A stretch of 20,227 bases of DNA, taken from NCBI GenBank assembly GCA_050293845.1, contig JBNKNM010000090.1, positions 1 to 20,227 of the forward strand. Reading direction: 5' to 3'. Origin of the DNA: Pseudobacteriovorax sp. (lineage in GTDB: Bacteria; Bdellovibrionota_B; Oligoflexia; Oligoflexales; Oligoflexaceae). The translations under genes were made by a program, and so were the position numbers. Of this stretch, positions 1 through 8,176 are shown one piece after another. The notes beneath the pieces are model-generated. The model saw only the letters and a program-made list of their open reading frames with translations, had not been told where the DNA came from and did not search any database. Position 1 is the first letter of the stretch. Each line of letters starts with the position of its first letter.

Positions 1-744
1 CAAATCGGTTCCCATGTGGCTGCCAGTGATGCGAAAATGCCTATATTTGATAGAATTTTCACCAGAGTTGGCGCAGCGGACGACCTCTCCCGTGGCCAGT
101 CGACATTTATGGTGGAGATGTCCGAAGCAGCAGCCATCCTCAGGCAGGCCACCCCTAATAGCTTAGTCATATTAGATGAGGTGGGACGCGGGACTTCCAC
201 CCAAGATGGCCTTGCCATCGCTTCGGCAATATTAGAGTGCCTCAATAATGATGTGGGCTGCTTTTCCATGTTTGCCACACATTACCATGAGCTGGTACCA
301 TTGGCAGAGCATCTTGATAAGGTAGCCAATGTCCAGATTGAGGTTCATGATAAGGAAGGGCAAATCCAATTTACCCACCGCCTAGTTTCTGGCGCCAGTG
401 GGAGTTCTTTTGGTATAGAAGTGGCTAAAATTGCAGGACTTCCATCCTCTGTGATCGCCAGGGCGAAGGAGTTTTTGCAGGGCCATAAAGTGTCAATAGA
501 ACATGATACGCAAGGGAAGAAGCCATTTAAAAAGTCCAAAGCTCTTCCTTTGGAAGTGCAGGGCTTAGCGCTGGAAGCTGATGAGAGTTCTCTGACTGCC
601 AGACAAAAAGGGATTATAGAAAGACTGGAGACATTGAACACCAATAGGTTGACACCTTTGCAGGCTTTGAATTTATTAGATCAGATGAAGTCTGAACTTG
701 CGCAAGAAAAACAGGAGGATATATTTTCAGGAGCAACTCTTTAA
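1..744 (+). CDS. mutS: DNA mismatch repair protein MutS, C-terminal ATPase part (5'-truncated by the window edge)
   Basis: Frame is open from base 1 (QIGSHV...). Contains DRIFTRVGAADDLSRGQSTFMVEM, Walker B LVILDEVGRGTST, FATHYHEL, SFGIEVAKIAGLP and the C-terminal LTPLQALNLL tail typical of MutS1. Confidence 0.97.
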   Translation, partial: QIGSHVAASDAKMPIFDRIFTRVGAADDLSRGQSTFMVEMSEAAAILRQATPNSLVILDEVGRGTSTQDGLAIASAILECLNNDVGCFSMFATHYHELVPLAEHLDKVANVQIEVHDKEGQIQFTHRLVSGASGSSFGIEVAKIAGLPSSVIARAKEFLQGHKVSIEHDTQGKKPFKKSKALPLEVQGLALEADESSLTARQKGIIERLETLNTNRLTPLQALNLLDQMKSELAQEKQEDIFSGATL

Positions 745-754
745 CCGTAATTAC

Positions 755-783
755 TTGAATTTCAAAAATAAAAAAATTACCAT
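755..783 (+). promoter_or_regulatory. Putative sigma70 promoter of the dksA-like gene
   Basis: TTGAAT (755-760), 17 nt spacer, TACCAT (778-783) in an AT-rich intergenic region. Confidence 0.55.
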
Positions 784-855
784 TTGTTATTACAACAGAA
801 CTCAATTAAATAAAACCGTTTACAAACTGTAACCTGCCATGAAGGGACTTAGTTG

Positions 856-1281
856 ATGGCACAAACAGATAACCTCGAAGGCCATGAATTTCTGACCAAG
901 GAAGAATTAGAAAATTTTCGCAAACTCCTCCGAGAAGAGAAGGAAAAGATTCTAAAAAAGTCAGAGCAGATGGTTAAAAGTGGTAACATCGAGCTTGATA
1001 AGAACGAGATGTTCGACGAAGTAGACCTGGCTTCCATGACAACAGAGCAGAACTTGACGTTTAAACTGTTGGATCGTGATCGTAAGCTTATGGCGGAAAT
1101 TGAACATGCTCTGAATAAAATTGAAACTGGTGACTATGGCTTTTGCGAAGGAACCGGTGAACCGATTCCAAAAAGACGTCTTGAGGTGCGTCCCTGGTGT
1201 CGCCACAGTGTCAAATACAAAGAGCAATTGGAGAGAATGAAAAAGAGCGGCCGCGGTGTGGGAGATGAGGAAGATTTTTAG
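856..1281 (+). CDS. dksA: DksA/TraR family RNA polymerase-binding transcription factor (zinc-ligand-deficient type)
   Basis: Coiled coil with DxxDxA tip (DEVDLA), followed by IEHALNKIETGDYGFCEGTGEPIPKRRLEVRPW. GAAGGGA SD lies 8 nt before ATG 856. Confidence 0.9.
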   Translation: MAQTDNLEGHEFLTKEELENFRKLLREEKEKILKKSEQMVKSGNIELDKNEMFDEVDLASMTTEQNLTFKLLDRDRKLMAEIEHALNKIETGDYGFCEGTGEPIPKRRLEVRPWCRHSVKYKEQLERMKKSGRGVGDEEDF

Positions 1282-1357
1282 CTTTTTTCCTGACTAAGAT
1301 CTGCTCTTATGAAATAGATCAGGTCACCACCACCATATAACCTATGTATAGGTGGTG

Positions 1358-1380
1358 TTGTCTTGACAGGCAATTTTTTT
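1358..1380 (+). terminator. Possible intrinsic terminator downstream of dksA
   Basis: TTGTCT-TGAC-AGGCAA stem (one G-U pair) followed by T7. The stem is weak and is part of a larger hairpin train. Confidence 0.4.
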
Positions 1381-1475
1381 AATGGGACTCAAGGAGGCCA
1401 TTCGAAAATCTAGTCACCACTTAAATTTGGGTAAAGTGGTGCTCAGATTGCTAGAAGTAAAATCTGACTTGACCC

Positions 1476-2576
1476 CTAGGGGCAATTGTCGGGTAGAGGT
1501 AAGTCTGAGATACTGCTGAGATTATCGCATATAGCTTGCAATTCTTCTTCGCTGGCATTGATCTTTTCAACCTGTTTGGATAAATCTTGACTGATTTTCT
1601 TGGTTAGTTTTGCCTTCAACTTCTGAGTGTTCTTTGCACTTTCTTGCGTTCCGGTTTTTAAATCATTTATAACACTGCTAATGGAAGCTGAAACATCTTC
1701 AGGCACTCCTGCTGCTTCGAAAGCTTGGTTTGTGATTTGCAGGTTATCAAACATAGCACTTAGCATGGAGTCCGCTTCATCTTCACCGGATGTTGGGAAA
1801 ATTGCGTCGATGGCACTGGAAAGGGCTGCTATATCAGCCGAATAGGCAGCCACATCGGATGTCCTACTCTCAAGGGCTTTAACACTTCTTTGGATATTCG
1901 CTTCTGATGCCCCCTCATCGCGGTAGAATAGTACTGAGTAGAAGGCGATAGCTTCCCCCAGGTGCGCTAATGCTAAGCCAAAATCAGACTTTCCTGCTTT
2001 TTTGAGAGGCAATTGACTGGGGGGGCAAGCATCCCCTGTATGCCGGCTATCTGTGTCCAATCTTGCTTCGGACTCGACAAAAGGGCAAAAATAGGAGATG
2101 GCCTGGTTAATATTGGTGATAACGCTGCTTGCCGATTCCCGCGCTTCAGAAGCCAATACTGGTAGGTAAACCTCAACCTTTGCAACCTGTGCGGTATCTT
2201 CTTGGGTTAGATATGATAGTTCGGTTTGATCGATACCGATAATCTTAGCCAACGTTGTAAAAAGACTAGCAGTTTTGTTGGTCTCCTTGGAGTCTTTCTC
2301 TTCGATGATTCCTTTGGAGAGGGAAAAAATATCGAGCCCAGCCCGGCTGAGATAGATATATCCGATAAGAATGGAGCTGTCTTCGTAGTTGGGATTTTTT
2401 GCATAAGCTTTGAGAGCCATCTTTAAAGCATCGTCGTAGCGTCCCTTATCAAATTCGTATTGGGCCTCATTGAGGATTTGGTCTATGGCCTCTTTTTGAT
2501 CCGATGTTACAAGAACCTCATTGAAGTTACAGGCTGTTGTTAAAATGAGCCAAGGTAGGAAAACTAAGAACCTCAT
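1476..2576 (-). CDS. Hypothetical lipoprotein with an N-terminal TPR-like helical region
   Basis: Signal peptide ends in the lipobox-like TTA-C16. LNEAQYEFDKGRYDDALKMALKAYAKNPNY...LIGYIYL is TPR-like. AGGAG SD present. Confidence 0.75.
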   Translation of the reverse strand: MRFLVFLPWLILTTACNFNEVLVTSDQKEAIDQILNEAQYEFDKGRYDDALKMALKAYAKNPNYEDSSILIGYIYLSRAGLDIFSLSKGIIEEKDSKETNKTASLFTTLAKIIGIDQTELSYLTQEDTAQVAKVEVYLPVLASEARESASSVITNINQAISYFCPFVESEARLDTDSRHTGDACPPSQLPLKKAGKSDFGLALAHLGEAIAFYSVLFYRDEGASEANIQRSVKALESRTSDVAAYSADIAALSSAIDAIFPTSGEDEADSMLSAMFDNLQITNQAFEAAGVPEDVSASISSVINDLKTGTQESAKNTQKLKAKLTKKISQDLSKQVEKINASEEELQAICDNLSSISDLPLPDNCP

Positions 2577-2585
2577 GGAGATCTC

Positions 2586-2855
2586 CTAATCTGCAAAAAA
2601 GATAATAACTTCATTTTCTTCTGTGACGTGATACTTATCTCTAAGTACTTTCTTCGCATAAGTCGGGCTATTTTCTATACGATTAATCTCTTCGTTGAGA
2701 TCAGAAACATCGCTCCTGAGCTGCTGAATAGTACTCTCTAAGACGTCCAGACTTGCTGAGAGTTCCAGGTATTTTTCTAGTGAATTTTCACCGCGCAGGG
2801 ACCCCCAAGCTAAAACGATGGAAGCACTCCATAGCATGGCTCGTAAACTAAACAC
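2586..2855 (-). CDS. ftsB: FtsB/DivIC-family septum formation initiator
   Basis: 89 aa: one N-terminal TM segment, GENSL, a leucine-heptad coiled coil, then NSPTYAKKVLRDKYHVTEENEVIIFF, which resembles the 'ExxAR-xLG-xxxxGE' C-terminal motif. Divergent. Confidence 0.75.
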   Translation of the reverse strand: MFSLRAMLWSASIVLAWGSLRGENSLEKYLELSASLDVLESTIQQLRSDVSDLNEEINRIENSPTYAKKVLRDKYHVTEENEVIIFFAD

Positions 2856-2891
2856 CAGTACACCCCATCACAAACTGTCATGCTAGTGAGT

Positions 2892-2900
2892 ATTATATCA
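2892..2900 (-). promoter_or_regulatory. Extended -10 promoter element upstream of the ftsB-like gene
   Basis: The minus strand reads TGATATAAT (TGn + perfect TATAAT) about 37 nt before the GTG start. The -35 is poor. Confidence 0.55.
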
Positions 2901-2943
2901 TTAGTCCCCTTAAATGGGTAATCGGTGAGGTCAGTCGGTAAAA

Positions 2944-5115
2944 CTAACGGTTTATAGCTAGCTGTGAGGCTCTGATTTTACGTAAACCAAAGTCGTAGAA
3001 TCGTACAATAACTTTAGTTTGTCCAAATCTAGTATCGAATCCTTCCACTTTCCCTTTGCCAAATGTGGGATGAAATACCGAGGCGCCCTTGCGGATTTTT
3101 TCAACATCCAGTTCGTAGGTAAGGGAAGTATCATTCATATAATCTTCGTCCGGTTCCTCTGAGTTCTGTGAGTGTTGAAGGATTTGCTGGGCGGCAAAGC
3201 TGATCTTGAGGCATTCCGGGGGGAGTTCTGCGAAAAACCGTGACGGGCTGTTCACCACAAAGTTGTTGAAGGTTCGGCGCCGGCTGGCTCCCACAAGACT
3301 AAGTCTTTTTTTAGCTCTGGTGATACCCACATATAGCAGCCTGCGTTCTTCCTCTAGCTGTTGGGGGTCTTCAATATTGTTGCGATGGGGAATCAAACCA
3401 TCCTCGACTCCGGTAAGAATAACGCGATCAAATTCCAATCCTTTAGCCATATGGAGGGTCATTAACGAAACTCCAAAGGAATTGCTGAGATCCTCTTGAG
3501 TTTCACGGACTAGGGTGATTGACTGCAGCCACTCTTCTAAGCCATGTTCGGGATTTTTTTTGGCATATTCGGCAATGGCTGAACCAAGTTCATGAATATT
3601 ATCCATTTTATCCAGATATTGGTCAGGAAATTTTTTTTTCAGATATTCTGGATACTCCAGGGCTTCTAGCAGAGTCTCAATCATGCTGGGCAGAGACGAG
3701 GATAACAGATCTTTCTTTAAGACTCTCATGAGATCTGAAAAATATCTCAGTTTGGGACTGACCCGTGGAATATTTTCTTCAGCCAATGCCGCTATTACAT
3801 CAAGCATGGGCTGTTTGCGAGCTTTGGTTTCTCTGTTGATTAGTTCTACCGCTTTAGCCCCAATGCCTCTTGTCGGCACGTTAATAATTCTGGTAATACT
3901 GATTTCATCCTGAGGATTAATCAAAATACGTAAATAAGCCAGAATATCTTTAATCTCAAGTCTATCGTAAAATTCTACCGACCCAAAGATACGATAGGGG
4001 ATATTTTCCCGGCGCAGAGCTTCTTCTAAGGCTCGTGATTGGGAATTTGTGCGGTAAAAAATCGCGATCTTATCGTAGCTATAGTCTGGCTTGTTCTCTT
4101 TAATATTCTTTGCCACCCACCAAGCCTCCATTTCACCATCAGACTCTATATGGAGATCGATGGGATCACCCTTATCCGCATTCGTGAATAATGTTTTGGG
4201 CGCACGATGGATATTGTTAGCGATCATTTTGCTGGCTGTATCCACAATATTACCACTGCAGCGATAATTTTGCTCAAGGGCAATTTTTTGTGCGCCAGGA
4301 AAGTTTTTTTCAAACTCTATGATATTTGCTGGTGTTGCACCGCGCCAGCTATAAATGGATTGGTCATCATCACCAACGACAAACAGGTTGTTGTGGTTTT
4401 GGCTGAGCAAGCGAATCATCTCGAACTGGGTACGGTTGGTGTCTTGGAACTCATCAACCAGAATATAGCGGTAACGCTCCTGAAGGATGTTGCGCACTTG
4501 TCGATTACGCTTGAGAAGCAGGAGGATATTCATCAAGAGATCACCAAAATCCATGGCATTGCAGTCAGCAAGGGCTTCCTGATAACGGCGGTAGAGGGCT
4601 ATACCTCCTGTAGGTATGAATTGGCCATACTCGTGCTGCAAGCGTTCTACGTCGGAGGGAAAGTAGCCGTTGGTTTTTACCATATGAAGAAAGCTCTTCA
4701 TGTCTGCAAGTAAGTTAGGAATATCTCCCTTGGGGTTGGCTTCTTTCAGAAGCTTTTTCAATAACTTTGTGGCATCGCTGTCATCGTATATAGTGAAATT
4801 ACTTTGGTAGCCTAACTCGGGGGCGAACTCCCTGAGCCATCGGGCGCAAGCGGAGTGGAACGTGGTGATTAATGATCTTTTGGCTTCAGGACATAGGCTT
4901 TCTACTCGTTCTTTCATTTCTCCTGCTGCCTTATTGGTAAAGGTAACAGCTAGAATCTCCCACGGGCGAATGCCTTGCGCAATCAGGTAAGCAATACGAG
5001 TTGTGATAATACGGGTTTTACCGCTACCAGCGCCAGCAAATACGACGAAGGGGCCATCCTGATGGCTTGCAGCAATCTTTTGGGCAGAGTTGAGTTTTTC
5101 CAGTAATATGTTCAC
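2944..5115 (-). CDS. uvrD: ATP-dependent DNA helicase UvrD/PcrA (SF1)
   Basis: AGAGSGKT, TFTNKAA, ILVDEFQDTN, VVGDDDQSIYSWRGA, LEQNYRC, MTLHMAKGLEF and EEERRLLYVGITRA, plus the C-terminal Tudor-like VFHPTFGKGKV domain. Confidence 0.96.
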   Translation of the reverse strand: MNILLEKLNSAQKIAASHQDGPFVVFAGAGSGKTRIITTRIAYLIAQGIRPWEILAVTFTNKAAGEMKERVESLCPEAKRSLITTFHSACARWLREFAPELGYQSNFTIYDDSDATKLLKKLLKEANPKGDIPNLLADMKSFLHMVKTNGYFPSDVERLQHEYGQFIPTGGIALYRRYQEALADCNAMDFGDLLMNILLLLKRNRQVRNILQERYRYILVDEFQDTNRTQFEMIRLLSQNHNNLFVVGDDDQSIYSWRGATPANIIEFEKNFPGAQKIALEQNYRCSGNIVDTASKMIANNIHRAPKTLFTNADKGDPIDLHIESDGEMEAWWVAKNIKENKPDYSYDKIAIFYRTNSQSRALEEALRRENIPYRIFGSVEFYDRLEIKDILAYLRILINPQDEISITRIINVPTRGIGAKAVELINRETKARKQPMLDVIAALAEENIPRVSPKLRYFSDLMRVLKKDLLSSSLPSMIETLLEALEYPEYLKKKFPDQYLDKMDNIHELGSAIAEYAKKNPEHGLEEWLQSITLVRETQEDLSNSFGVSLMTLHMAKGLEFDRVILTGVEDGLIPHRNNIEDPQQLEEERRLLYVGITRAKKRLSLVGASRRRTFNNFVVNSPSRFFAELPPECLKISFAAQQILQHSQNSEEPDEDYMNDTSLTYELDVEKIRKGASVFHPTFGKGKVEGFDTRFGQTKVIVRFYDFGLRKIRASQLAINR

Positions 5116-5134
5116 AAATGAATCCTATCGTATT

Positions 5135-6967
5135 TTATTCAACGGTAACCGATTTTGCTAGGTTACGAGGTTGATCGACATCAGTACCTCGTTTGACCGC
5201 TATGTAGTAGGCTAAGAACTGGATGGGGATTGTCGATAAAATAGCCTGGAATGCTGGGTTTTTTACCTGAGGGCAAACGATGATATCGTCACAAACCTGG
5301 TTGAGCTGATCAGACTTATCCGAGCCAATGCCGATGACTAAGCCTTCTCTGGCTTTGATTTCTTCGATATTACTCAGTGATTTTTCAAAGTACTCATCCT
5401 GAGGAGCAATGGCTACCACAGGCATATGACGATCGACCAGAGCGATGGGACCATGCTTTAATTCACCCGAGGCGTATCCCTCAGCATGAATGTAAGAGAT
5501 CTCTTTAAGCTTTAACGCACCTTCTAAGGCTAGCGGATAGCTAGGTCCTCTGCCAACATAAAGAAAATTGGGAAACTCGTAATATTTATTGATCAAGTGT
5601 TGGACATGATCTTCACTATTCATGGCAAGATCAATATGTACTGGTAAGCTATGAAGGTCGTTAATCACCTTATCAATCTCAGCTTGGGAAGTTCGGCCCT
5701 GTTTATGGGAATAGGCTAAAGCCCAGAGATATTGGTAAAGAATTTGCGATGTGAAAGCTTTGGTCGATGCCACTCCTATCTCAGGTCCGGCATTCATAAT
5801 CAGGGTGCTATGGCTCTCGCGATCGATACTGGAATATTCCACATTACAAATACTAAATATCTGGCAGCCGGCATTTTTAGCATGCTTTATGGAGGCTAAG
5901 GTGTCGGCTGTTTCACCCGATTGCGATATGGCAATCACCAGGGTGCGCCCCTCTTTGAGCATGTGGGGAGAGCGGTAGCGAAATTCGCTGGCAAGGTCTA
6001 CGTTCACAGGAAGCCCCGTGAGGGGTTCAATAAAGTACTTTCCTAAAAGACCAGCTATATAGGCTGTACCACAGGCGACGATATTGATGGACTGGATTTT
6101 CTCAATATCCAATCCCGGTAACCCTAAGGCTTCTTCATTGAGACCATGCTCATGGGTGAACAGTTGGATTGCTTTGGAAATCACCGCTGGCTGCTCATGA
6201 ATTTCCTTCAGCATATAATGTCGATAACCGTGCTTTTCATTGGAGCCCGGCGTCCAGTTGATAGGGGTTGGCCGTAGCTTGAGTGCTTGTCCCGAAAAAT
6301 CCCACAATTCCACCTGATCTTTAGTGATCGTTGCGCATTCGCCGTCATTAAGGAAAATGGCCTGCCGTGCCACCTCAGCAAAGGTCGTGATATCGCTTCC
6401 AAAGAAATTCTCGTTTTGGCCGATACCGACGACCAAAGGAGATCCTTGCTTCACTAAATAAATCCTATCAGCTTCGCAGGGAGCTATGATCCCTAAAGAG
6501 TAGGCCCCTTGTAGTTCTGCTACTGTTGAGATAATAGCTTGCTTTAAGCTACCTTGCTCTTGGAGATAACAGGCGATTAATTGAACTACGACTTCGGTGT
6601 CGGTATCAGAAACAAATGAAATTCCTTTTTGGGATAGTCTGTCGCGAATCTGCAGATAATTCTCGATAATACCATTATGGATCAAAGTAATATCTTGTGC
6701 AGCATGGGGGTGAGCATTGGTTTTGCTGGGTTTTCCGTGCGTGGCCCAGCGTGTGTGTCCTATGGCAACAGAAGCATTATCGGGAAGTTGGGAGAGAAGG
6801 GGTTGCAAGGAGCTGAGTTTCCCCTGTTCTTTTTGGATATGGATTTGTTTTTCCTTAATGGCAGCAATACCTGCTGAATCATAGCCTCGGTATTCTAGTT
6901 TTTTAAGACCTTCAAATACAATCTGAACAGCATTCTTTGTACCGACATAACCTACAATTCCACACAT
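5135..6967 (-). CDS. glmS: Glutamine--fructose-6-phosphate aminotransferase (isomerizing)
   Basis: Starts MCGIVG (catalytic Cys1, so the start is ATG 6967, not 6973). Contains LEYRGYDSAG, HTRWATHG, SQSGETADT, ELKHGPIAL and C-terminal DVDQPRNLAKSVTVE. GAGGTG SD. Confidence 0.98.
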   Translation of the reverse strand: MCGIVGYVGTKNAVQIVFEGLKKLEYRGYDSAGIAAIKEKQIHIQKEQGKLSSLQPLLSQLPDNASVAIGHTRWATHGKPSKTNAHPHAAQDITLIHNGIIENYLQIRDRLSQKGISFVSDTDTEVVVQLIACYLQEQGSLKQAIISTVAELQGAYSLGIIAPCEADRIYLVKQGSPLVVGIGQNENFFGSDITTFAEVARQAIFLNDGECATITKDQVELWDFSGQALKLRPTPINWTPGSNEKHGYRHYMLKEIHEQPAVISKAIQLFTHEHGLNEEALGLPGLDIEKIQSINIVACGTAYIAGLLGKYFIEPLTGLPVNVDLASEFRYRSPHMLKEGRTLVIAISQSGETADTLASIKHAKNAGCQIFSICNVEYSSIDRESHSTLIMNAGPEIGVASTKAFTSQILYQYLWALAYSHKQGRTSQAEIDKVINDLHSLPVHIDLAMNSEDHVQHLINKYYEFPNFLYVGRGPSYPLALEGALKLKEISYIHAEGYASGELKHGPIALVDRHMPVVAIAPQDEYFEKSLSNIEEIKAREGLVIGIGSDKSDQLNQVCDDIIVCPQVKNPAFQAILSTIPIQFLAYYIAVKRGTDVDQPRNLAKSVTVE

Positions 6968-6969
6968 AC

Positions 6970-8004
6970 TCACCTCAAAGTTTGGTTTTCGATGACTGAG
7001 CCGACTTTTATATGAGCTCCATCGGGAATACTACTATTGATTAAAACCGAGTTAGCACCAATGTGACAACCTTGTCCAATTTGAGTGTCTCCTAATAAAG
7101 AGCAATTAGCTCCAATGATAGTGTCAGAGCCAATTTTGACAGTATCATCTATATAGCAGGATTCAACCAAATTAAAAGAAATACCTTGAGACATAAAATC
7201 ACTTTTAATCTCTTGCTGTAGCCAGCTTTCGAGCTTGGCTAACTGGATGCGGTTGTTGACACCATCAAACGATCGATATTGATCGGTTTCATAAACTAAC
7301 GCGGAGCGGTTGTTCCTGCGAGCAATTTCAAAACAATCTGTCAAATAATATTCCTTTTGGGCGTTTTGATCGTTGATCTGGTCGAGGCATGAAAATAAGA
7401 ATGCGGTTTTAGCAAATATGACCCCCGAATTGCATAAATTTATGGACCTGATGCTAGCGTTGGCATCTTTTTCCTCTACTATCCTTGCTAGCTCCCCATT
7501 TTCGACTAGGAGCCTTCCATAGCCAAAAGGTTGTGGGTGCCTCATGCCTAGAACTGCCAGAGAGGCTTGGGCATTTAGGCAGTGATCCATGAAGTCATCT
7601 ATGATCTTAGGATTTAGGGCCGGCGTATCGCCTGCCGTAATAATAACATGATCACTGTCTATAATCGGACCGCGATAAAGCTGTCCCCTAGCATATGAAG
7701 TCATGGGTATGTTTTTGAATCCATAGCCTGCTGCAGCAACAGCATCACCCGTACCCAGCCTATTTTCTTGGACTACAGCTGTGATTTCGGGGTGTGTGGT
7801 AAAAATGGGATCGAAAGCTTCTATGTCACCTCCCAAGACAAGGCAATGCTGTTGGACGCCACTCGAAGCGAGAGCTTTCACCACGCGTAGGATCAAGGGG
7901 GTACCACATACGCGATGGAGTACTTTGGGAATTTCGCTTTTCATGCGGGTTCCTTTTCCCGCCGCAAGTATGATAGATGCTACGTTTCTCACCGAACCAG
8001 TCAT
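6970..8004 (-). CDS. glmU: GlmU-family N-acetylglucosamine-1-phosphate uridyltransferase, C-terminally short (344 aa)
   Basis: LAAGKGTRMKS, QENRLGTGDAV, GDTP, GYGRL, IVEEKDA, NAQKEYYLTD and GVNNRIQLA, followed by only a few hexapeptide repeats. The start is placed at ATG 8004 behind an AAGGAG SD. Confidence 0.92.
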   Translation of the reverse strand: MTGSVRNVASIILAAGKGTRMKSEIPKVLHRVCGTPLILRVVKALASSGVQQHCLVLGGDIEAFDPIFTTHPEITAVVQENRLGTGDAVAAAGYGFKNIPMTSYARGQLYRGPIIDSDHVIITAGDTPALNPKIIDDFMDHCLNAQASLAVLGMRHPQPFGYGRLLVENGELARIVEEKDANASIRSINLCNSGVIFAKTAFLFSCLDQINDQNAQKEYYLTDCFEIARRNNRSALVYETDQYRSFDGVNNRIQLAKLESWLQQEIKSDFMSQGISFNLVESCYIDDTVKIGSDTIIGANCSLLGDTQIGQGCHIGANSVLINSSIPDGAHIKVGSVIENQTLR

Positions 8005-8176
8005 TAGCAACTCCTTATTTTGAGTTGTGATTTTCGAGGGTCTTGCTTTTTTATAAAAAATCATGATCTTTATCTTAATCATGATTGAATATTGTCTCCA
8101 TAATTCTTATAGATGGAGGTGCAGTTAATAGGATATGTCAAATCACTCTCAGCAAATAAGAGAGAGGGAATCATTC

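Noticed and set aside
1282..1475. Possible 6S RNA, CRISPR remnant or dif site in the dksA downstream gap
   Set aside because: There is no 5'-3' long-range pairing as in 6S, only two short degenerate repeats without a repeat-spacer pattern, and no match to the XerC/XerD arm consensus.
2577..2586. Perfect palindrome GGAGATCTCC over the lipoprotein SD
   Set aside because: Too short to form a hairpin with a viable loop, and plausible by chance.
6960..7000. glmS ribozyme or a frameshifted continuation of glmU
   Set aside because: The glmU stop is 2 nt from the glmS start, so there is no intergenic space for either.
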